Shown piece by piece: positions 34,648-49,000 of a DNA stretch of 64,000 bases. The stretch's first letter is position 1. Each line of letters starts with the position of its first letter. A model generated the notes under the pieces. That model saw only the letters and a list, made by a program, of their open reading frames with translations, was not told the origin of the DNA and did not search any database. The position numbers were made by a program, and so were the translations under genes. Origin of the DNA: Phoronis australis (Eukaryota > Animalia > Phoronida); assembly GCA_002633005.1 (NCBI GenBank), contig NMRA01000013.1, positions 796,995 to 860,994 on the forward strand, read 5' to 3'.

Positions 34648-37545
34648 TAAGCTATTGGTGATCATCACTCCGTAAAAATGCAGTTATCGTTTAAGTATAG
34701 ACTTACCTGGTAATTCAATTTGTGTAAAATTGTTCAATTCCATGCACAATATGGTGGAATTTTACTGCATTTAGGAGCAGAAGTAATATGTTGATGTTTA
34801 CTTCAATCCTAACATGGATTGTTAGTGTGGCAAGTTTTTAAAAAAAGTTTCAGTTTTGGCCAACTCTTAAAAATTGGACACCGTTGGTGATTTAACCTGG
34901 ATGGAGTATAGTGTTTAGTGTTATTTAATTTGAATTTCACTCATTATTGTTATTTATCATAACCTTGGGTGCTCAGTAAGCAAGAATCATTAAAAAAAAT
35001 CTCAAAAACAAATCTGTGTTGTTCGAACCTCCAATCAAGAGTGGAACTGGCGATTCATGGCCAATCAGAAAGAATTTAGACTATACTCGTCCAATCAGCG
35101 TGTGGCTTGCAAAATATAGGACCAGTTGGCGAAAGAAGTAACTAGTGGTATTCACTAATCAACCAATCCTATCCACTTTGCTGCTTTGAAACAATTTTTC
35201 CTTGCGTTTAACGAGCAACAGACTGTGTGGGCCAGAAATAAACAATCCCCCCAGAATGGGGAAACTCATCTAGGATTTGAAGAGTGGGGGATCCAAATTA
35301 GCAAGACTGACACTTGGGTGTGCTGGGACTCTGTACCATTCACCTTGACAAAGAAATCCTCCCAATAATAGTTGGCAGTAGTTGTCGATCTTCTGTAAAA
35401 AATAGACTGTGATAGTCTGTGGTCTTGACTTAGGTCTGAATATTTATTGAACTAAAACAATGAATCAGAAGATTTCAATAAAATTTCTTAATAATCAGAA
35501 ATGTTAAAATTCTTTGTTTTTACGCCCTTTTTGCCAAGGTCGTCTCGAAGCCGTCTCTTTTCTTTTGGTCCTGCTGTCCAAGCCGTCATTCTTTTTAAAA
35601 CTGTCCCTGTCAGTGAAGGAGTGTCTGTCCCATTGAAGGCCACCGGAGGCTTCTCCATGTGGAATTACCAGATGTTCAACTGCAGCCAGAGTTCACCATC
35701 TGACCCGGAAAACAAGAATTTTATCCAATTTCGTTTACCCTATACTGTCCTCAATTTGAATTCTGACTTAGAAACATTATGTACGTGNNNNNNNNNNNNN
35801 NNNNNNNNNNNNNNNNNNNNNNNNNNNNNNNNNNNNNNNNNNNNNNNNNNNNNNNNNNNNNNNNNNNNNNNNNNNNNNNNNNNNNNNNNNNNNNNNNNNN
35901 NNNNNNNNNNNNNNNNNNNNNNNNNNNNNNNNNNNNNNNNNNNNNNNNNNNNNNNNNNNNNNNNNNNNNNNNNNNNNNNNNNNNNNNNNNNNNNNNNNNN
36001 NNNNNNNNNNNNNNNNNNNNNNNNNNNNNNNNNNNNNNNNNNNNNNNNNNNNNNNNNNNAGGGGAGGGGGGCTTCGGGGAAAGGGTCCAGTTCCAACATA
36101 TCCGTTTAAGATACTTTTATATAAGGATATTGGTGGACATGAATAAAAAAATATTGCATCTACTGGCACTACTTACTACAGTGATAACAGAGTTTTATTA
36201 GTAATTATTTTGAAATTGCTTCCGATTCAAAGCGCTTCACATGGCATCCGGCTGCACCCGGCCAACTTCGCCCGAGTGGTGTCCCAGAGATCGTGCAGAC
36301 GATAAAAGGAGGCTTTGTCAGCATTGAACGCGCATGGTGGCAACAGCAAAGGGTAATGGGAATCCAAAAGTGAATGTCTATACCTAGGCCTACCTTAGAC
36401 ATAGATATCTAACCTAAGTAAGCTAAATAGCAAGGAGAGAGCTCCCAAAAAGTAGTGCGATGTGAATGCTTTAAAATCGGCCAAGAAACAAAACGGACGT
36501 AATTTGTTATTCTGCTATTTTGGTTTAGTTTCTAGCTTAGTACTGAAAAGTGCAGGCATTTTCAAATTTTGAATTGAAAGTGATCGTCAAATATGCAAAT
36601 ATGTTTTTTCATCCAGTGTCCACTCTGATTGTGGATTGGTGGATTGTTGTGCATGCGTGTACACGTGTGTGCGTTTCCGTTCTTTAAAATTCAGTACACG
36701 CCCACTGTAAGTTCACTAAAAGCAGTTCTCCGCCGTGCTAAAAAATCAGACATTCAACTACGGTGTTTTCTTGCACTGGGAAAACACCGTCAAGCATTTT
36801 CACTTCTTTAGGGAAAAGAAGGCCACGACCTCAACTTTGGTCAATAAAGAAAGTCTTCTCTTGTCAATCAGTGTCCATGGTGTACAGTCCCGCAGAATTC
36901 ATACAAGTAACAAACTTGATGGAAAAGATTTCCAAGGTTACATGTCACTACATGTATGCCATGTAGGTTCACTACTCCGAAGGTGCGCTACCACCGAAAA
37001 TTCACTAGGCCTACTTCGAATTTCCCCAATTACAAAATCTGAACTCCAACAATTCACTGCTATGATTGTCTGCTCACGACTCATTCTAAAGCATGCAGGG
37101 ACAACATCTGGGGCCTGGGCACGTCCATGGGCGACGCACCATAGGGGGCTGGAGGGCTTTAGCCTCCACTTATTTCAGTGCTGCACTTCCCATGGGCATG
37201 GATGACGCGCACCCGGCCACTTATTTAATTGCTGCACCGTCCCTAGGGTCAGGCTGCGGCGACCAACGACGGTTTTAAATTTAAGAAGGCTGGCAGGGAC
37301 AGGTTGCCCTACCAATTTGTTTCAACTCGGTCGTGCGTGAGATTACTGGGCTGAGGCTGAGGCGCAACGGCCCTAAACTTTTCAGTCATGCTGCCATCCG
37401 ATCTTGACATGGATTTGATGAATGTATCGTGGTTGATAATTCATCAATATACCTACTTTATAATGTTTTAAAAATGCAAATACCGATTCGTTTTTCCGTG
37501 TTAAGACATGCCGGCAATTTCGCTTGCACGTTGAAAATGAATCTA

Positions 37546-37598
37546 GACAGTGGCCACCATCTCTAGTTGTACTGGCCAGCTAGATGGTGGTCACTGTC
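37546..37598. repeat. Short hairpin/palindrome (TE remnant)
   Basis: gacagtggccaccatct...agatggtggtcactgtc, 17-bp arms with 1 mismatch. Confidence 0.7.
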
Positions 37599-38485
37599 AG
37601 CATGAAATCCAAACAAAGTGGTTTAGTATTCGGGCGTTGTTTTCGGTATAGGTGTATCTAATAAGCAAAAAATCGTTTATTTTTGCACCCGAGTCTGAAA
37701 GTTCAGACATTTTCGGAGCAGTGAACCTTCGGAGTAAAGAATCTTCGAAGTAGTAAACCTTCCAAATAGTGGGCTGTTCCCATTTCCAGCGATGTAAGAA
37801 ACTCCAGTAACGCGCAAAAATACAAGATAGAGTATCGTCAAAACACTCTCCGACTACGGTACGAGCATGTAATAAGGTGAAATAACTCATTTCAGCATTA
37901 CTGATTTCAAATTTTGGCAGGAGGTAACGAGAATACGTTCTCTTGCTGGACCACATAACATCCGAATTTGTGTTCCGTTCTTTGCAAGCAACCGCCATAG
38001 ACATCCTCATTGGCTGGTATTACATCGACCAGTTCCGTCTCGTCTCAGAAACAGAGCCGAGAGTCATCGTCGTCTATACAGATTTCCCTTACCCCCCAAG
38101 TTAAGTTGCTACAAGGGCCTTACTGAAAGCTCTGCAGTGTCGACGTTTGAAAAATACCAAAGGTCCAACGGTCTAGAAATTCGAACCACACCGCCGCTCA
38201 TGTTGGCTGCGGGCCTTCGAGGTACGTTCAGAGCTGTGAATTGTGCGTTCGCCGAATTTCGGTAGTTCCTGCCTTTTCAGAGGACTTTTTTGTCTCGTTT
38301 TCGCGGACTTTTCGTTTCTCGTTGCCCACTTTGCCAAATGGGGTGCGCGCATGATATGTAGATCAGTTGTTTAGACTGGCTGCCATTACTGAGTATTGGG
38401 AACATTTTACAGCACAAGTCCATGTTTGGTTTATGTTTGTAGGCTGAAAATGATCAAAAGCGGATTTACTAGAAAATGATGCGTT

Positions 38486-38491
38486 TTTATT
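38486..38491 (-). terminator. Candidate distal polyadenylation signal of the SLMAP-like gene
   Basis: AATAAA on the minus strand at the end of a long stretch that is U-rich on the minus strand and resembles a 3' UTR. Confidence 0.35.
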
Positions 38492-41260
38492 GAGTGTATA
38501 ATACAAAGCTAATATGGTAATAATAACAATACGCAGTAACAAAATATTAATTAAATTAACAAACAAGTAACAAAATAGTTGTCTAAAATTGAATTTGGAT
38601 AGTTTCCTTGGTGTCCAACAGGGTGCTCTGTGAAATGTTATCTGACAACAAATGTTCGGCAACACAAGGTCCTTTTGAAACCACACAGACATCTGCCAGC
38701 ATCATGTTCCAGACGCGAAGCACATGATCTCATTGGCTTTCCCCTGTGAGTACCCAGCACTGGTAACATAGTAAATTAAATGTTTCAAAGGACTTGGTAG
38801 TTGCGCCACCAAGTGGAATTCAAGAAAACTACTTATACCAAGGTCAAAATGTACTGACACAATACACGCACAGCATGATGCAATACTTTGAGGTAATAGT
38901 CTCACACTTGGTCACCCTCAAAACAAAATGACTGCTGCTTCAACAGCGCAATAACCGAGAAAAACCAAAAACTTAAGAAAAGAAAATATTTGAAACGCTG
39001 ACACAAGATACCATGGTATACTAATTAGGACTCTCCCTCATGAAAGATGAAGTTGAGAAAACCAGTTATGTGAAAATTCTATGTGGTGCTGTGCCAAATC
39101 TAAACATCCGAAATATGGTACAGTAATTCAAACAAGGAATGTAGCTTTTAGATAACAGATACTGGCAATGAACAGCTATCTTCTATAAGCCAATCGCAGG
39201 AAATATACTCAAGAAAGGTACGTTCTTTTTCGAAATAGGTTTCTCACAAACGTGCTGTGTTAAAAATATGAGGCTTCACTGCCAAGTTGCCTTCTTCCAC
39301 AAGAACATATTTGATATCTATTAAAAGAAACACCAATCACACAAAATTCTGCTGCTACAGCTCATACAATGCACTGTGCTAGCAAAAACGCCAGTAATGA
39401 GAACAACTGCAAGGCCCCCTTTTCAAGCGCTTTGCTGGAGGTTAGAGATACCTCAACTCCTGGAGTTTCGCCACTTTTATAGCCAGACCATTTACTTCGA
39501 AGGACACCCATATGCAGTAGGAAGCAGACTTTGTTTATTGCCACCATGGCAGAGAGGGAGAGTGTTTAGAATCAATTTTAACTTAAGTGATTCGGGAGGT
39601 GAGGAAACACTAACTACTGTCGAAAATCATCCCTTCGCAGACAGCTTGTCTGTCGGGCTAAAATTGCCGTTCTTCGCTACCGCCTTAGCCACTCATGTGA
39701 ACCCAGTATAAATCACTCCAAGAATGACTCGTGCATAATTAATTACGACCAGGGGACAGCAATCAAATCTAGAATGCCAGAATGCCAATGTATTTTAGTA
39801 AAACTAATGGCAAAAATGTGGGATCACTCTCTCATCGAGCGGCACACATAAACATCCTCAGCGACCATCGTTTTGGTTCATATTTTTGGTTGGAACAGTT
39901 AGCTTCATTTTTCTATTACCGTGAGTTAGCATTCCTAATTACAAAACAGCCACAGTTGAGCTCATTATACTTAAACAGGAGGATACATCACCACCAACTT
40001 CGACTTATTTGCATTTAAAGTATGTCACTTCAACTTGACCTTATTAGCATAGCACGGGGCTTCAGTCAACGGGTTGAAATCTTTTAAAGCCTTCCTTAAA
40101 TGGATTTTATTGTTATTCTAGATATTTTAGACTAACCACTAGTCCTGGCTATGCTTTAGCAACACAAGAAAACACAATTTTAACACTCAAATGCAGTTAA
40201 CCTTTTCGCGCCACATTGTGTTACAATTAGAAAACTGTTGATAGCAGAAATTTTGAAGATTCGCCAGTAACTTGCAGCAGAAGATCTACTTAAAGCGGAT
40301 ACCAGAGTATACTGAATAAAACACCATTATCTCCTGGTTTTACTTGGACCTGTTTGTATTAATTGTGGATTCTGTTGGTCATGGTAGACTAAAGTCAGGC
40401 AATGAGTCTAACTGTTACTCACATTTGGTAAGTTATGCCTTTAAAACAGTGAAGGAAGTAAATATACATGTGTTGCTAATTTTAGTGTTTCTTCAACAAT
40501 GAAATGCATGTCAAGCAATGTCCAACAGATTAAATTCCAACTGAACGATCAAATTCCAATGCCTGACACAAATGAACACTAATCTTAAGTACTTAGAAAT
40601 GATAACACCAATTTGTCCTGCCTCATCAGCTACACTTAACAAAATACAGACAGGAACTTGCAATGTGAACTCCAACTTACATCATAATAACAAAATGCTT
40701 AATGTTAGAAAACAATTATTTTTTCCATACAAATACACCTTAATTTACACAAGAAACACTTAATATAAACATCCTTTCACTTCAATTTACAAAACTACTA
40801 TTTACAGTTTTATGGTACAAGACATCTGATTAAATCTGTTGGACTTATCAAACGCATTTGACAACATTCACCGAATTTTCCCTTTCTCGTTCTCTGGCAG
40901 GCTTCTATTTCTTAGCAATACAACATGCCGACAACACTGATTAAATTGGAAAATAAAATCATAGCGAACAGACGACAAACTGCCATGCAGATTTCCTGAG
41001 AATAATACTGCCCGTTTCTTATTACTATCAAATACCAGCTAAATTTTCTGGCACAACGAAAAGGAAACCAACCAGAGCTGAGTTCCGTAGACGCAAGACA
41101 CTGGCGCTGTACTTGTGACAATAAATCTCCAGTTACAGAATGAAAACGAAATTCTGACCATAATTCATCATTCCTATCTCACCGAGCAATCAATTCAGTG
41201 GCTGTCATGTTTTGTAAGGGTACAATAGTAAGCCCTCGAGACTACTTGTGAAACACTCAC

Positions 41261-41323
41261 CTTCCACTTGCATGATTTTGCGTGGTCTTGGGAGATTTTG
41301 CCTTTTTTGCAAAATCCTTACAT
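41261..41323 (-). other. SLMAP: Candidate exon downstream of the tail-anchor exon (alternative C-terminus or spliced 3' UTR)
   Basis: gttgtgttctgtag|ATG TAA...AAG|gtgagt, 63 nt, with strong splice sites. Confidence 0.5.
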
Positions 41324-41470
41324 CTACAGAACACAACCCAGACTTGCTTCATCTTAGGAATAAAGTCTTAAGTAACAGTAAAAATCCTCAGTTTAGGGCA
41401 TGCTACGAATTTCCCTTTTCAACAAAAATTCTCAAGAAGAATATTTGACTTCCTTGTTCGCATGGTTTGT

Positions 41471-41546
41471 ACAGTACAGCAGAGCACAGCACAGCACGGT
41501 ATAGTACGGCGATGCAGTACAGTGCAGCGGTACTCTACAGTACAGC
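41471..41546. repeat. Degenerate pentanucleotide microsatellite (acagy)n
   Basis: acagtacagcagagcacagcacagcacgg... Confidence 0.75.
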
Positions 41547-41802
41547 GATCACTTAAACTAGATTTGATACAAATCCGACTTCTCCAATCAATGTTGTAAA
41601 CCACTGGAAACTTGAGAAATGGAAATTCTTTATTATATAAAGTTTAAGAATTCTTACTGTACTTCAAACGGACAACATCAACTTAATTCACAGCTGGACA
41701 AACACTAACAATTTAACTAACTCCAAGAGGAGCTACCAATACCATGCCGTAACGCTGACAGACTGAACTTCCTGACATGTTTATTCAAACGGACATCCCC
41801 GA

Positions 41803-41965
41803 GGGTTTGTTTCATGAAATTTTTTTCTGAAGTTACAAAACTGAAAATTTGTTAAGAATCAACAAAGTTATGGCCTATTTAAGATCAAATTCAGACAAAG
41901 TTTCCATTTTACAACTTTGATGAAACAATTTCGAATAAAGACCATCAAATTCCATGAAACAGGCC
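41803..41965. mobile_element. Short Harbinger-like MITE remnant
   Basis: gggtttgtttcatgaaatt versus aattccatgaaacaggcc as inverted termini. Confidence 0.4.
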
Positions 41966-42917
41966 ATTATTTAAAGATATGTAGGACCTTATCCACAGTT
42001 AACCAAATGTTTACAAAAATATTGATTTTAACTCGGTAAAAGACTTAGAGTACACAATTTGTTGAAGTAAAAATAAAATTCTACAAGCTTTCTTTCTACT
42101 TAAAGAAATTGTATACCGAGTTAAAATCAATTTTTTGTAATTAATTGGGTCACATGACCACATCTTTTTAGTACAATTTAGCAAAACAGAAAGTGACATC
42201 TATTGGCAAAACAACGGCATCAGCAACATGATCAAATTTCATTTCATTTCATAAAAATATTTAAGGTGAAATCTAAAAAATGCTATTACAGTTTTTTAAA
42301 TAAATATCGTTTTGTTTTCGTTTTATGCAACATTAATTATTTTTGCATAAAAACCAAGAGTCTTGTATAAGAAAACCCCTCGTGCACAGGAGAAACATTT
42401 ATAAACAATTCCAAACAGCAGTTGGAGAACAGTGCGTAAAGCATAGTACCTGAAAGTTTTACAAGAATCCAGTCTGCCATTTCTGAGACACGTTGTTCTG
42501 AAGTTGGACATTATTGTCAACTTCTACATAACCATTAGTATCAATCACCAGAATGTCTTTTGAAAGTAACTTGAAGACACAGATACATTGTGTGACTAGC
42601 CAAACTCACACGATGATTTGCTGAATAACTTCATGGTGTTACGCAATACGTTAAAATCTATACATCAGTAGAGACACGTGTACTCAATCTACAAGCTATT
42701 GACTTAGTGGTGACCACACAGGACTCAACAAAGCACCAGATATTCAGCAACCTTACACAAACGTCAGTAGACGGCGACATAAGGCTATGTACCAAAGTTC
42801 AAAAAGAGGAATAAAAAATAACCCGACAAGTATTTCATTCATTTTGAAGGAATGGCGAATTTGTTGTCTTCAACGAAAAAGAGGACGTTCCCTCTTATTA
42901 ATTGGGTTAATAACCTG

Positions 42918-43016
42918 TCAGTCCACGGTGGCCGTCAACTCTGACAGGGCTGGATAGAAAGCCAGAAGTAGGGCAAACATCAGCGCCACCAATGGGACCA
43001 TGGAGCAGATGGTTAT
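42918..43016 (-). CDS. SLMAP: SLMAP-like last coding exon: transmembrane tail anchor
   Basis: tttcag|ITICSMVPLVALMFALLLAFYPALSELTATVD TGA. Confidence 0.9.
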   Translation of the reverse strand: MTICSMVPLVALMFALLLAFYPALSELTATVD

Positions 43017-46000
43017 CTGAAATGCAAACAACAGACACGTTCAAACAAGAAGAGACACATTGGGAATTAAAGAGGAACAAAATATCCAGAACTCTATACT
43101 TAGTTGTTTGTCAATTGCGTCAATATTTAACTGTCTCTGAATGATTACAGCATATTGGACAACGAATCAACATTATTGCAAACAACTGAACACTGTCAGT
43201 TTCAATTAAAATGTCCATTTTTGAAATCTATAAAGGTGGAAATGCTTAATACTTGATTAGCACTAACTGAGAGACATCACATGATTGTACACACTTCATT
43301 AGGTCACCAGTTTAAAATCTTACAAAGAAATACCCACAAGCATTTCAATATTTTTCCACTTACTCAGCAACAAAATATTGTTTTTACTGTTCAAAATACG
43401 AAAAATAAATACCAACCGAAACAATTTCTACTCCTTTGTTCCAAGAAATGCTCTTAGTGAATCAAGTTACGGACCAACACAAGGTCATACCACTAAACTA
43501 CCACAAACACACTCATTCCCCAAACGAAGATCACGTGACTGTCCCAAGTCCACCCACCGTCCGACTCCTATCCGCCAGCACTGTATACTCCATGCCCATC
43601 TCGTCCAGGTCAGACTTAAGCAGCGTTATCTCCTCCTTACATTCGGCACATTTCTCTCGCCACGTCGTGATATCTTGGTTGGCGGTTTGCAGCTGTCAAA
43701 AATCAGTAAAAATTAATAATTAGTATATACACTAACCTTATATTCTGCAATGCATTCACCGATGATTTTCACTAGTTCGTTAAAGCTGATTTAGTCATGT
43801 ACTTTATTTGTAGTACACGGCAATATCTTACCAAGACTTGTGAGAAAGTGGTTATGTCACGCTCATAGTAACTACTCCATATTGGAGATGAATAATATGG
43901 CGGTGGTCTACTCCCTTGCACTAGCATGCTTTTCAAACACACAAAATTCAAAAACTTAATTTATTACAATCTAAAGCTCATGCCACGGCATCTGAAAACC
44001 ATACGTTATATTACATTCACAACATGCATTCTAAAACAGAGTTCAACTGCTGATTCTCCAGTTACAAATTTGACCTATCGTAATTTCCCCCACAAAGAAG
44101 TGGCAGAATCTTCTAGACTACCCCTCTGCCCAGTAAGGTGACGTCGCAGTTTATGTCCCTAATAGCGACCAGGCCTTCATCAATAAGCTATGTTCAAAAC
44201 AACAGCATTACAGCAGCACGTACATGCACATTCAGGCTTACACCCCCGTAAGCAACGCTACCCGGCTGTAAATAAGTGTAAACTTTGGCAGCACAATGTG
44301 GCTCTAATTTTACAAAACAGTACCTGTGGCAATGGCAATGGTTAGTGAAGTAAGACACTGCGCAACATGCTTTATGAAATGGATCAACTGGCATAAACCG
44401 ACAATTCTGTATTCTCAACAATCACTCTTGCAATTTTTTTATTTTTACAAATTATATTCAACATGCTGAGATGACCTTTTGCTTTCGGAACCCATGGAGT
44501 GTCTGGATTAAATGGGACAGTTGAATGGAACTTATTTGCATATGATTCTTTTTCATCCAGGACTGTTATAGTTGCCGGAGTAAAAAACAGCCAGCGTCCC
44601 TTTTAATTTTCCAACCTGCTGCTTGGTAATATCAGCTTCTTTCTGAGCGTCCGTCAAGTTGAGCCGCCACGCCTCTTCTTGACTCTCCAGCCTCTCTTTC
44701 AGTGCCTCCAGCTCATTGTACGACTCCTGCAGCCGACTGTAGTCAGAGGTCAACTGTGCATTCTCCTTCCGTGTCCTACAATTGACATACAGCTAAGTGC
44801 ATAACATACAGCACAGTGCATAACACACAGTACAGTGCATAACATACAGCACAGTGCATAACATACAGCACAGTGCATAACATACAGCACATAGCATAAC
44901 ATAAACCTTGAGGTAATTGGCCAAACTTTTTTCCATGGAATTTTTTTCAAAAACGTAACCCAACGATTATATTGTGACTTTTGACCAACCCTGACCAGCT
45001 CTTTTAATACATTATTCAACACGCATCAATATGTAAGTAGCCGGGGACACCTTCACGAGACTGTAACCATGGAGGCAAATTTTCAACTTTTTTGGCAGTT
45101 TTGAACATTAATTTATCTTTTACACAAAGGTCAATTCACACTAAAGTTAACTCGATTATTTTATAACCCACTGACTAGAGAAGCGAGTCTCAGATTTTTA
45201 ATTTACCTTAAAACAACAGAGTCTTTCAATGTTGTACAAAAAGAAATTTGATTGCTCATATCTATGTAGTTTGATGGAATATCGGGGCATTCCAATACAG
45301 GATAGATTAATGTTTCAAAATATCAAAGAAATTCTTTTTAAGAACACTCATTAAGGTTCGTGACTACTCACGTTTTCATATCAGCTTCCAAGTTTTGTAT
45401 TCGTCTCCTGAGTCCAGCACATTCATTCTTTAATGCTACGAACTCGGCTGAAAAATGGAATGCGACAAAACTGAATGCTATGCAAAACTCAACAGCCGTG
45501 CTAAGTACATGATCAATCAACTCTTTAGAGACATTTTTTCACGTGGCATTACATGCACGAGTGACCTCTTTTGGTTCCCAAGTAGTCTCTAGCGATTGGG
45601 AACCATCGTTACCAGAACTACAGCAAAAATTCTTCAATTTTGGACACAATTACTAAAATAACCACGAGATTTTCTACATCGTAACAAATGCTGAAAAATT
45701 TACCATATCTTGTTCAGTGAAGCTACACAGTATACACACCATGCTCAAAACAATAGTTCTTTTCGTTCAAAATTTTGATGAAATAAAAACTCACTTAATA
45801 TATGCCGTATCATGCCCCAAAATGAAGAATTTGCACCGTAATGTCCATGAACAAGCAAAATTAGTACATACATCACAAGGAAAGGCCACATACGCTAAAG
45901 GGACAAACCGATTGCCAGCTATCCAAACACATCTTACATATTTATGAACACGGCTCACAGACATGGTAATTTAGTTCAACGACTCACACACTTGTGCAGC

Positions 46001-49000
46001 ACATACAAAACAAAGCTTATACACCCAAAAAGCATTGTTCAATGACTACCATCCCCTCACAAACAAGTGAGTAAGCAGGGAAGAGTCTATAAGTTGGGTT
46101 TGTGAGTGGACTTCATTTCGTGAGCCAAGTATTATGAGTGCCGGCACTAGCTTGAGTCAGTGAACTCAGTTTATAGGTCTATCAGCCGAGTTCATAGTTA
46201 AGGAACCATTTTCACTAGTGCATGAGCTGTGTTGTTTGGGTAGTCTGGATCAGACAACATTCAATTTTTATTAAGTAAATCGGGGATCACAAATATTTAA
46301 AATAATTTCTCTTCACATTTTTAGTTGCGCAAAACAGTAAATAGCAAAAACCACAAATAACAAAAATCGCAACAAAATTAGCATCAAAAACAACAGAACA
46401 AGCTGGAAAAGAAAGACAATTTTTGTCATTTAACTCCATTCCAATAGGAGGCTTACAGTCAGTCTTTAATAGTTTATTGCGAGTCCACTCGTGGGCACAG
46501 ACCTCCTGTGAGAGAATGCCTGCAAGAAACAGATACTTTACACTGTTAAGATACAAAAAGAAATAGATACTTTGCAATGTTAAGATATATACAGTAATAT
46601 CAGACATTTTGCAATGTTAAGCACATAAAGAAATATCAGATACTTTACAATGTTAATACTTTGCATAGAGACAAGGACTTCAATGTAATAACAGAAATAT
46701 ATAAATGCCAGCAACTGACAACGACAATGGAATATGTAAAACATCTGAATGAACAAAGTAGTACAGATAAGATATAATTTCTCCGACAATGATAAATTAA
46801 CATTATGCACAGGTTAAATATAACACCATCCAATAACCATTTAACGTATCTATAACAAAATATTACTTTAAACACAAGCCAACAAAATCCTGAAGCAAGT
46901 AATAATAATAAAAACCAACAGCACATGACACATTACGCTCAATTTCATCCAACTTATTGTTGAGGTTTCCACAGTGACATCGCTCATCCTCGAGCTCAGC
47001 CGTTACCGAAACGAGCTGTTCTTTTGTTTGTTCGATACAACTGCTCTTTTGTTGAATTTCTTTGAGTGCTTGATCCAGTTCCAACTGTACATTATGGAGG
47101 GCAGCTGAAATGCCAATGGAAAATGGAAAAAAGTCAAGACATCTTTAATTCCCATGAAAGTAATTCCTTAAGACCAACAACAACACTAACTTCTAATTCT
47201 GAGATAACAGTGAATTATTTCTTGAAGGCAATCATGTAGAATCATAGCAATTAGCGTCCCATTTTATAAAAGGTCATAGATAAGATCTTATCCTACATTT
47301 TTTCCAACACAAAGTTTATGAAGATAATCGGTGAGTGACAACATGGTTTATGTTAGACTTTACCTTTGTTCTAATTTTGTTGTAGTTCAAAGAGCATAGT
47401 GAGATAGTATTCTTGTTCCAGCTTAACACAAATGATGCATTGATACACTACAACAATACACCAGAGAGTGAACAGTTTGTTTGCCCCTAAATATGATTGA
47501 ACACCAATGTCTATCCAAACACTTACACTCCTGGTGGATAGACAAGAAACAAACCAGGTGTGAATTGGCATGCAGTGTATCTCTTAAAAGTTGGCGAATG
47601 CTTGTTTTCTTTTTAGGGCTGTTCCAGCAAAATCTGTATGGGAGGGGGGGGAAGGCACTTTTATTTCGTACCCACCGCCCATATTTTTCATTTATTTCTC
47701 CAACCCATGACCCATAATTTTTTAATTATTTTTAATAGGTTAAAATATAAAATCCAACACTTGCAAACAAATTGCCTCCAGGAGGACCTGTTGAGAACTT
47801 AAATGATTGACAGACAAGAACTAGTTGTCTTGTCCAATATTGTCAAAAACTAAAGTAGCCTGTGAGCAATACTTTTGGCAGCCACCAGGTGTCTCTGTTC
47901 ACCATGTGTCTAAAATTTCAATGAACATTTTTTCAATTATAAGGATCTATGAATCTCAAACTGTCTCCACGAACTCTTTTATACTTCTATCTCAAGTGAA
48001 TATTGGAACTTGTTTAGCTTACTCCTCATACTTTTTATTTAAAAATCATCAATTTTCTTATATGTGTTAAAACCAGTTTTGTGTTGCATAACTTCAATTC
48101 AATAGGACTGCAGACAAACAGTTGACTCAAATCAAGTTGCCCATGACTTGTTTAATGGCTTAGTGAACATATAGCACTCTGTTCACTGGCAATATGGGCT
48201 CTTTTTTTATTGGGATCAACATTAACAGGTCAAAAAATACCATCTATTTTTAATGCATCACTTCTTACAGGAACGACCACCCATAATTTGAGTTTTTTTC
48301 TGAAGACCACCACCCATGAATTTTTATTTCTGCTGCCGTCCCCCCCCTCCCACACGGATTTTACTGGAACAGCCCTTACACTTTTTCATTGGCTTTGGTT
48401 TGGAATTGAAACTTGACAAGACAGAAGAGAGCACCGTTTCCATGTAAAACATACACAAAATTCAGTTTAATTGGAATTTTATCTGTGTCATATTCGCCAA
48501 ACTCGGGTCCAACAACCTAAATAAATTTCACAACTCCCTCCTGCATTGCTCAGTACGTTCAATAAGCAATCTGCTGACATTGGGTTAAGTACTGTACATT
48601 GTGTCTGTGCCAGCTTGGCTAGGGTCGACTGCAGCTCCATCTTTCTTTCCTCCAGAGAGTTCTCAGTCAGTAATAAACTCTTAGCTGTGGTAGAGTGACT
48701 ATCTCCTTCGGCCTCAAGATCCACTGCAAATAACACAACATAACCTGACAATACATTACAACACCGCCTAATTTTTACTGGAAACACTAACCAAGCAAAA
48801 GGGTACCCAACCATATTCAAGCTTGGTCAATGTTTTTCAATTATTTTATAACCTACCTCATTCAAGTTTGCACACTAAGCTCAAATGATCTTGCAAATTT
48901 TTCCAATTCGAACGGAGACGTCACTTCTCCAGCATAGAGGATATCACTCAGAAATGTCAGTGAACGATATGTTCAATCGGGAATAAGAAACTTATGATAT

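Noticed and set aside
37597-38010. 137-aa minus-strand ORF in the CpG-richer intergenic region
   Set aside because: No recognisable motif or splice context; probably a TE-derived or random ORF.
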